A stretch of 64,000 bases of DNA, taken from the NCBI GenBank assembly GCA_021795965.1, contig JAJYOU010000009.1, positions 951 to 64,950 of the forward strand, read 5' to 3'. Origin of the DNA: Chloroflexota bacterium (GTDB lineage Bacteria > Chloroflexota > Anaerolineae > Anaerolineales > Villigracilaceae). Below are positions 20,801-29,132 of this stretch, one piece after another. The notes under the pieces were generated by a model. That model did not search any database. It was not told where the DNA came from and saw only the letters and a program-made list of their open reading frames with translations. Both the position numbers and the translations under genes were made by a program. The number at the start of each line of letters is the position of its first letter. Position 1 is the stretch's first letter.

Positions 20801-22785
20801 ATGCGGTCATCAAGAGCACTGTCTTTCCGCCCTATGACCCCTGGTTCGCCGGCGGTTACATCAATTATTATTATTGGGGCTTTGTACTGGTGGGCACACC
20901 CATCAAATTGCTCGGAATTGTGCCTTCAATCGCCTATAATTTTGTCTTACCAACCTTGTTTGCCATGCTGGGAATAGGTGGTTTTTGTGTGGTCTGGAAC
21001 CTGACAAGCGGTTTCAACCTGAAGGAAACACGGACTTTTACACTTCAGTTGCTGGCCGGGCTGGCAGGTGGAGCAGGCTTGGTCTTAATCGGAAACCTGG
21101 GTACCATCCAGTTAATTTTCCACGCTTTGCAAAAAATGGTCATGACGAATGAGATTGTTGACGCCCAAAACGTCTGGATATTCCAGCGTTGGCTTTGGGC
21201 TGCCCAGGGTCTGGGTAAAATGCTTTCTGGTATCCCTTTGCCAATCGGCTTGGGGGAATATTATTGGGCTCCCAGTCGTGTGATGCCTGTTGGCGATCTG
21301 GCGATCACTGAATTTCCATTATTTACTTTTATTTACAGTGATCTCCATGCGCATATGATCGCTTTACCTCTGACGGTTATGGCAATTGCCTGGTCCCTTT
21401 CCACCCTTCGCGCCCGGAATCTTAGTCGCCTAGCCTGGCTGGCAACCATTGCCTTTGGTGGTCTGATCATCGGTGTGTTGCGTCCCATCAATACCTGGGA
21501 TTTCCCAACATATCTGATCTTCGGTTCAATCATCACGGGTTATTCACTCTTCCGATATGGGAGTCTGGATTTATTGCCAAAGATCAATTTAAACAATTCC
21601 ATCCGCAGGGTTCTATTAGCCCTCTTAGGCATGGGTCTCCTGGTCGGTTTTGCTTTCCTTTTCTTCCAGCCTTTTGCACATTGGTATGGGTTGGCTTATA
21701 CAAAAGTCAGCCTTTGGACGGATAACAAGACCCCAATCGGCTCCTATTGGACCCAATTTGGCTTCTTCCATTTTGTCATCATTTCATGGATGCTATGGGA
21801 AACACGTCAATGGATGGCTCAGACTCCAGCCTCGGCGCTTTTAAAACTTAAACCTTACCAACTTTTGATCGAGATCTTCTTCGCCGTAATGACCGGTTTA
21901 TACTTGGCTCTGCAGTTTATTTTGAATGTCCCGATTGCCTGGTTCGTCTTCCCGTTTGCAGTTTGGGCGCTCATCCTCATGCTGCGCCCTGGGCTACCCG
22001 ATGTCAAACGATTGGTTCTGTTCATGATCGGCACAGGACTGGTATTAACTCTTATTGTCGAGTTTATGGTTCTCTCGGGTGATATCGGGCGCATGAATAC
22101 CGTATTTAAATTTTATTTACAAGCCTGGGTTTTGTTTGCCATCAGCTCCGCTGCCGCCCTGGGTTGGATCTTCTATGAATTTGATGAATGGGGTCGGGTT
22201 GGAAAAATCGTTTTTCAGATCATTTGCAGCCTCCTGCTGGCTGGGACAATCCTTTTTACATTTACCGCAAGCATGGATAAAATTCGGGACCGAATTTCAC
22301 CAAATATTCCTTTCACACTTGATTCTATGACCTTTATGCAGTATTCCACATACCAGGATCAAACCAATATGGATCTCAAGCAGGATTATCTTGCCATCCG
22401 CTGGATGCAGGATAATATCAAAGGATCCCCGGTCATCGTAGAAGCCAACACTCCCGAATACCGCTGGGGAACCCGTTTCACAATTTATACTGGACTGCCC
22501 GGAGTGGTGGGTTGGAACTGGCATGAACGACAGCAACGCGCCTTGTTCCCGCCAGAATGGGTCACAAACCGTATACAGGAAATTTCCAATTTCTATAACC
22601 TGCCCGATTCATCCTCCATTAAAAGCTTCCTGGAAAAGTACGACGTAAAATATATTGTTCTGGGACAACTTGAGCGAGCGATTTATGATCCAACCGGCAT
22701 TGCAAAGTTTGAAACATTAAATGGCACACTTTGGAGTACGGTTTACCATGACGCAGACACGACCATTTACGAGGTGATGCCTTGA
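17803..22785 (+). CDS. 1660-aa fusion protein: N-terminal GT-C-like polytopic module, a central soluble region, and a C-terminal Chlor_Arch_YYY (DUF2298) module
   Basis: The N-terminus reads [25 protein letters not shown], followed by TM bundles. The soluble region spans about aa 500-850. From about aa 853 (nt ~20360) the protein is collinear with the whole 819-aa protein at 23173. Its YYY motif [11 protein letters not shown] is at 20866-20874. Confidence 0.65.
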   Translation: [1660 protein letters not shown]

Positions 22786-23150
22786 GTCTTATTTATCACA
22801 TTGCTCCTCGAAGTTCGGTTAAAGCAGCCCAAAAGGTGGGAGAATATCAAAATGAAAGCCTCCTGCGGGACGGTTTCATACACTTTTCCCAGCACAACCA
22901 GGTCCTGGGTGTGGCGACTGCGTTCTACAAAAACCAGAAAGATTTGGTCATCCTGGTCGTTGAGACGGACCTTCTAAAGGCTGATCTGAAATTTGAAGCA
23001 CCGGTTCACCCAGGTCAATCCACTGCCTCCACTACTCCTTCAGCCGGCCAGCTTTTTCCACATCTCTATGGACCGCTAAATTTCGATGCTGTCTTGGATA
23101 TTGTGGATTTTCCTCAAAAAGCGGATGGAAGTTTCGAATTGCCTTTCTAA
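22782..23150 (+). CDS. DUF952 family protein
   Basis: MSLIYHIAP..DGFIHFSQ..LVILVVETDLL..LKFE..LFPHLYGPLNFDAV matches my memory of the DUF952 pattern. The TTG start overlaps the upstream TGA (cTTGA). Confidence 0.6.
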   Translation: MSLIYHIAPRSSVKAAQKVGEYQNESLLRDGFIHFSQHNQVLGVATAFYKNQKDLVILVVETDLLKADLKFEAPVHPGQSTASTTPSAGQLFPHLYGPLNFDAVLDIVDFPQKADGSFELPF

Positions 23151-23172
23151 TTAACGACGAACCTGCGAGCCT

Positions 23173-25632
23173 ATGGAACACTTTCTTTTCTGGTACCTCT
23201 TCATCACACTATTAGGATGGTTAACTTTCCCCCTATCCTACAAATTATTTCCTGCGCTCGCGGATCGGGGTTACAGCCTGAGCCGGGCTCTCGGATTTCT
23301 GCTCTGGGGTTTTGTATACTGGATTGCCGTTTCATTTGGCCTGGTTTTGAATGAAATTGGAGGCTTGTTATTTGCACTGATCCTGGTGATTGGTCTCTCG
23401 CTTTGGGCATTACGAAAGCAAGCGGCAACACCCGGCGATAATTTCCTCGACGGTTTTCAATGGAACGAAGTTCTTGAATGGCTCAAAACCCACCTGAAGC
23501 TGGTTCTTTCCATTGAGGTCCTTTTCCTGCTGGCTTTTGCAGCCTGGACATTTGTGCGAGCCAATAACCCGGATATCGTTGGTACCGAAAAGCCCATGGA
23601 AGTCGCATTCATTAATGCGATTCTTCATTCTCCATTTTTTCCACCGCATGATCCCTGGTTAAGTGGTTATGGAATTTCATATTATTACTTCGGCTATGTG
23701 CTCACCGCCATGCTGGCAATGCTTACCGCTACCGAAGGAAATATCGCTTTTAACTTGATGCTGGCGTTGATTTTTGCCCTGAGTGTCATAGGTGCATATG
23801 GGCTGCTCACAAATTTATTGGCGGCTCACTGGAAGCACAATCACCGGGAAGATCGGGATTTTTCAGTCATTTTTTGGTCTCTATTCGGTCCGCTTTTCCT
23901 AGTGCTGCTTGGAAACATGGAAGGATTTTTGGAATTGTTATATTCGTTGGATATCGGCTGGAAAAACAAAACCACTAATTTCTGGCTCTGGCTGAACATG
24001 AAAGATCTTAACTTTCCACCTGTTTCTTCTTTATCCTGGAACCCGAGATTCTGGTTTTGGTGGCGTGCCTCGCGCGTGCTCCAGGATTTTGATTTGCGCG
24101 GAAATTTTGTCGAAGTGATAGATGAATTCCCCTTTTTCTCATATTTATTGGGAGATCTCCACCCTCATGTACTTGCAATGCCCTTCGGATTATTGGCGGT
24201 CTCACTTGGGCTCAACCTTTATTTGGGCGGCTGGCAGGGTGAAACGTCTTTTTGGAGTCTTTTTAAGATTAAAGTTTCCAGGGCTGGGCTCATCTTATCG
24301 GCGGTTGTGCTTGGGGGATTGGCTTTTCTCAACACATGGGATTTCCCGGTTTATCTGGCAGTCATCAGCAGTGCCTATATCCTTTTTCTGGTTAACCAGG
24401 ACGGTTGGGATTGGAGTCTGATCGAAGAATTTCTCAAGTTTTCGATCCCTCTCGGTCTGGCAAGTATTTTGTTGTACCTGCCTTTTTATGCCAGTTTTTC
24501 TTCGCAAGCAGGTGGCATTCTGCCGAATATCATTTTCCCAACACGTGGAATTTACATCTGGATCATGTTTGGAACCTTGCTGATTCCGATGTTTATGTTC
24601 ATGATCTTCCAGCAAAACCTGCGCCAGGCGAACTGGAAGAAAGGGCTTTTGATCGGATTTGGATTAACCCTCGCGTTGTTTTTGTTCTCCCTCATACTGG
24701 GCGTTATCGCTGGACAAACCGAAAGCGTTCAGGCTTATATCCAGGCTCAGGGATATTCGACCATCTGGAATTTGCTTCCCGCAGCCCTGCTGCGCCGGGT
24801 TGAATTCGGGGGTGGTTTAATAATCCTTATCCTTTTGGTTTCCGCTTCAATCGCTTTTTTGAGTGCCAAACAATCCACCAGCGAAGCTGAACCATCCGAA
24901 ACCCCTAATCCGATGCCGTTTATTTTCCTGCTCATTTTATTGGGCGGATTACTGGTCATGGCACCTGAATTTTTTTATTTGCGGGACCAGTTCGGCAATC
25001 GCATGAATACAGTCTTCAAGTTTTATTATCAAGCCTGGACATTCTGGGCGCTTGCCGCGTCTTTTGGTTTTGTTGTGATGATCACTGAGCTGCGCAGGTT
25101 TCGATCCTTAATAGTCGGATTTACGATGATTTTGGTTCTCTTTGCAGGACTGACCTATCCCATCCTCGCCCTGCCCAACAAAACAAATAATTTCAATTTT
25201 GCCAATCCACAGCTACGAACGTTGAATGGGGCTGCCTTCCTTGAATCCTCCAGCCCGGATGATTACCGTGCAATCGAATGGCTTTCTCATGCAAATGCCG
25301 GCATCGTGGCTGAGGCAGTCGGCGGCAGTTACTCCGAATTTGCACGTGTCTCCACCTTTTCTGGACAGCCCACCGTGCTTGGCTGGCCTGGTCATGAAGG
25401 TCAGTGGAGGGGCGGCTATACCGAAGTGGGGAATCGTGAAAAAGATATCGCCAAGCTTTATGTAACACATAATTGGTCAGACGCTGCATCAATTTTAAAT
25501 CTTTACGATATCCGCTACGTTTACATCGGTACATTGGAACGTACAACCTATGCCATGGATGATCGGAAATTTAAAGATCATTTAACAGAAGTTTATAATC
25601 AGGGTCAGGTGGTCATCTATGAAGTACCTTAG
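23173..25632 (+). CDS. Chlor_Arch_YYY (DUF2298) domain membrane protein
   Basis: 819 aa, polytopic. [35 protein letters not shown], with YYY at 23680-23688. It is a paralog of the C-terminal half of the 1660-aa protein ([11 protein letters not shown] vs [11 protein letters not shown]). Confidence 0.7.
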   Translation: [819 protein letters not shown]

Positions 25633-25683
25633 ATCCGATTTGCATTTCATTTTGATCCAAATTTTGGAAGTAAAATAACTCTC

Positions 25684-27408
25684 ATGACGGAACAATCCCG
25701 GGAACACAATTTTGAATTTGCGTTGTTCGGCTTGGCGTTTATTCTCGCGCTTGCGCTTCGTTTGTTTCGCCTGGATGTTTTACCCATGGGGGATGTTGAA
25801 GCTTCCTGGGCTTTGCAGGCTTTGAACCTTTCAAAGGGTCTCAGACCAGAGATTGGCGCTCAACCCGCCTATGTGATTTTTACTGGATTGTTGTTTTACA
25901 TTCTTCCAGTCACCAACTTTACCGCGCGATTGGTACCCGCAATTTCTGGCGCACTCCTTTGCCTGATCCCATTCCTTTTCAAGGATAAATTAGGCATTAA
26001 AGTTTCGGTGATCCTGGCTTTTTTCCTGGCTCTTGACCCAGGTTTTCTGGCTCTCTCCCGCACAGCCGGCAGTCCCATTCTTGCGCTTGCAGCCTTTCTT
26101 TTTGCACTTGGATATATTTATCGTGGTCAATCAGCCCAGGCTGGGGTCTTGCTCGGTATCGCCTTGCTAAGTGGACCAATCTTGTGGCCAGGTCTGATTG
26201 GGCTGGGTCTTGCTGCCAGTTTACAAAAAGGATTGTTCTCGAAAAATCTTTCCGGTGATAACCAAACCCCCGCTCCAATCCTGCACGCTCACGGGACACT
26301 CAAGAAATGGACAACAATTGCACTTTCTGCCGCGGGAACCTACGTCCTCCTGGGAAGCTTATTCTTTTTGGTACCAGGCAGCCTTGGATCAGGTCTCGAT
26401 TCGATCCCTGCTTACCTGAAAAGTTGGGTCAACGTCAGCGATGTTCCTATCACCCGCCTCATCCTGGGTCTGGTCTTCTATGAAATCCTGGCATTGGTTC
26501 TCGCTCTGATCGGCTTGGTGCGTGGAATAATCCAACGTGACAGGTTGGTAATTTTTCTCGGATTCTGGTTGTTGACCTCAGCCATCCTGGCAATCGCCAA
26601 CCCCTCGCGTACCACTGCTGATCTTATCTGGCTTCTCGTCCCTCTTTTGACCCTGGCTGCCCAGGAAGTATCCAGAAACATGCTTCCTGTTTTGGATGGC
26701 GCTTTGGAAACAATTGGAATGATGGTTTTCACGGTCGCAATTCTGGTTTTTTCATATATTAATTATTCAGCCATCGCATTGACCTCCATGGATCAAGTTG
26801 CGTTCCAATTGCGTGTATGGGTTTTGATTGGAGCGGTCAGCCTCCTGGCAATCAGCATCGTCCTGATCGCTTTTGGATGGTCTTTTCCAGTCGCTTTCCA
26901 GGGAAGCACCTGGGGAGTATTTCTTGTTCTGTTTTTCTACACCATTTCCACAGCGATGGCTGCCGGTGAACTTCGCTCGTATCAGACCCTTGAATTATGG
27001 CACTCAGGTCCTTATGCCGGACAGGTTCAGGTTATGACCAGGCAGCTGGATGATCTTTCCCGCTGGAAAACCGGGGTTGCCAAATCATTGGATGTGACAT
27101 TGGCAGAGATCGATTCCCCGGCAATTTTGTGGGCATTGAGAGATTGGCAAGTCAAAACAATTCCAGATGCCAATCTTTCAGATCAAACTCCTTCGATTGT
27201 GATTGCTCCAGATCAATTTACCAGCACAGAAATTGAATCTTCTTACCGGGGAAAAGATTGGATCTTGAGCACAAATCCTGCCTGGAATCAGGGTTTAATT
27301 TCTGATTGGTTGCGCTGGAGCGTATTGCATGTTTTCCCTCAATCAAACGAAAAAATTATCATGTGGGTGCGTAGTGATTTGTTTTTAGATTTTCAAAATA
27401 ACAGGTAA
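25684..27408 (+). CDS. Polytopic membrane protein, putative GT-C/TIGR03663-like partner of YYY proteins
   Basis: 574 aa with about 12 TM segments. The N-terminus reads LALRLFRLDVLPMGDVEASWALQAL. It ends with a soluble tail of about 130 aa. The family assignment is tentative. Confidence 0.45.
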   Translation: MTEQSREHNFEFALFGLAFILALALRLFRLDVLPMGDVEASWALQALNLSKGLRPEIGAQPAYVIFTGLLFYILPVTNFTARLVPAISGALLCLIPFLFKDKLGIKVSVILAFFLALDPGFLALSRTAGSPILALAAFLFALGYIYRGQSAQAGVLLGIALLSGPILWPGLIGLGLAASLQKGLFSKNLSGDNQTPAPILHAHGTLKKWTTIALSAAGTYVLLGSLFFLVPGSLGSGLDSIPAYLKSWVNVSDVPITRLILGLVFYEILALVLALIGLVRGIIQRDRLVIFLGFWLLTSAILAIANPSRTTADLIWLLVPLLTLAAQEVSRNMLPVLDGALETIGMMVFTVAILVFSYINYSAIALTSMDQVAFQLRVWVLIGAVSLLAISIVLIAFGWSFPVAFQGSTWGVFLVLFFYTISTAMAAGELRSYQTLELWHSGPYAGQVQVMTRQLDDLSRWKTGVAKSLDVTLAEIDSPAILWALRDWQVKTIPDANLSDQTPSIVIAPDQFTSTEIESSYRGKDWILSTNPAWNQGLISDWLRWSVLHVFPQSNEKIIMWVRSDLFLDFQNNR

Positions 27409-27513
27409 TTTATAATTTTGACCTTGTTATTTGGATCAATCCCTGAGTTAAATTTAAATAAACTCAGATAACCTCTTTCTCCAAAATATTTACCTGAAGG
27501 ATTTATTTTTAAT

Positions 27514-28191
27514 ATGCCTAAATTTTCTATTATTGCGATCGATGGCCCGGCAGCGTCTGGAAAATCTACACTTGCTTTCCGCCTGGCTGCCGCGCTCGGT
27601 TTTCTTTATTTTGATACAGGTCTCATGTACCGTGCAATTACCTGGGTGGCAATCAATCGCAAACTGAATGTGCTTGACGAAATTGGAGTTTCCAGGCTGG
27701 CTGAAAATGTCCAGATCGAGGTCTTGCCGCCTTCACTTTCAGATGGTCGTCCCTGTGATGTCGTCGTCGAAGGTCGCGACATCACCTGGGAAATACGAAA
27801 TCCGGATGTCGAAGCAAATGTCTCCATCGTTTCCGCCTATCCAGGTGTACGCCGAGCACTCACTCAGCAGCAGCGCCGGATTGGGCTGCACGGGCACGTC
27901 GTCATGGTGGGTCGGGATATCGGAACGGTTGTTCTACCCGAAGCAGATTTAAAAATTTACCTGGATGCTTCAGCCGCAGTAAGAGCACAGCGTCGCTTTA
28001 GCGAGTTAATCGGTCGCGGCATGAAAGTTAAATATTCTGAAGTTCTGGAAAAAGTGATCGAGCGAGATCGAATCGACACAAATCGCGACATTGCTCCTCT
28101 CATTCCTGCCAAAGACGCGGTGATTATCGATTCAGATAATCTGGATGCGGACAAGGTTTTTGAAAAGATTTTTGATTTATGCAATGATTAA
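27514..28191 (+). CDS. cmk: Cytidylate kinase
   Basis: IAIDGPAASGKST and FLYFDTGLMYRA, with the typical length of 225 aa. Confidence 0.9.
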   Translation: MPKFSIIAIDGPAASGKSTLAFRLAAALGFLYFDTGLMYRAITWVAINRKLNVLDEIGVSRLAENVQIEVLPPSLSDGRPCDVVVEGRDITWEIRNPDVEANVSIVSAYPGVRRALTQQQRRIGLHGHVVMVGRDIGTVVLPEADLKIYLDASAAVRAQRRFSELIGRGMKVKYSEVLEKVIERDRIDTNRDIAPLIPAKDAVIIDSDNLDADKVFEKIFDLCND

Positions 28192-28203
28192 CAGGTTTGA
28201 TTG

Positions 28204-28908
28204 ATGCTCAACGAGACAGGACGCCCTTACAGAGTGCCTTTGGTCAATCGAATATTGCGGGTATTAATGAAACCTGTATTCCAGGGATTGTTTCATATCT
28301 TGGCAGATATTCATCTGTTTGGCCGCGGGAATGTCCCTTTCGGTCGTCCTTACCTGGTGGCAATCAACCATGTTTCCACTTTTGATCCTCCCTTCCTCCT
28401 GGCTTTCTGGCCAGAAATGATCGAGGCAATGGGTGCTTCAGATATCTGGAGCCGCCCAGGTCAGGCACAACTGGTGCGGATGTACCACGCGATTCAAGTC
28501 CATCGCGGTGAATATGATCGGGAGGTTTTCAGCCAGGTAATTAATGTCATTCGTGCGGGCAAACCTTTGCTTTTGGCTCCAGAAGGCGGTCGATCGCACG
28601 TCATAGCGATGCGGCGTGCCCAACCAGGAATTTCTTATCTTGTGGAAAAAACCCAAGTGCCGGTTCTTCCAGTTGGGATCACCGGGACAACGGACGATTT
28701 TTTTACTCGGGCATCGCGTGGAGAACGCCCAACCCTCGAAATGCACATTGGAAAGCCCCTGATTCTTCCCCAGGTTTCAGGGAAAGGTCTCGATCGCCGG
28801 TTAATCAGGCAGCAAAATGCAGATTTGGTCATGGCACACATCGCCGGATTACTCCCCGAAGAATACCGTGGCTATTATGCGGCAGAAGCCATTTCCCCGG
28901 AGCAATGA
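28204..28908 (+). CDS. plsC: 1-acyl-sn-glycerol-3-phosphate acyltransferase
   Basis: H(x)4D motif NHVSTFD and the LAPEGGRS block. The ATG at 28204 is one codon inside the track's TTG start. Confidence 0.8.
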   Translation: MLNETGRPYRVPLVNRILRVLMKPVFQGLFHILADIHLFGRGNVPFGRPYLVAINHVSTFDPPFLLAFWPEMIEAMGASDIWSRPGQAQLVRMYHAIQVHRGEYDREVFSQVINVIRAGKPLLLAPEGGRSHVIAMRRAQPGISYLVEKTQVPVLPVGITGTTDDFFTRASRGERPTLEMHIGKPLILPQVSGKGLDRRLIRQQNADLVMAHIAGLLPEEYRGYYAAEAISPEQ

Positions 28909-29099
28909 GCATTTTGCCGTCACAAATATTCCTTTTTCATTTTCCGTCTGCTTTCCTGTCCCGGGCTACCTCATCGGATTAACCACACCGTTCTGCTAAA
29001 TTTACCCGATCATCAACAGATGCCAGGTTAATGGTTGGCAGGGAAAAGGAAACAGCGGTGGCGTTTGGGTAAATTCAATTCTTGGGTCGAAATATGCAA

Positions 29100-29126
29100 T
29101 TGATTTGAGTCCTTGTCTGCTAAAAT
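29100..29126 (+). promoter_or_regulatory. Candidate promoter giving a leaderless transcript
   Basis: TTGATT (29100-29105), a 15-nt spacer, then TAAAAT (29121-29126). The ATG lies 6 nt downstream at 29133 and no SD can fit. Confidence 0.35.
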
Positions 29127-29132
29127 ACAACC

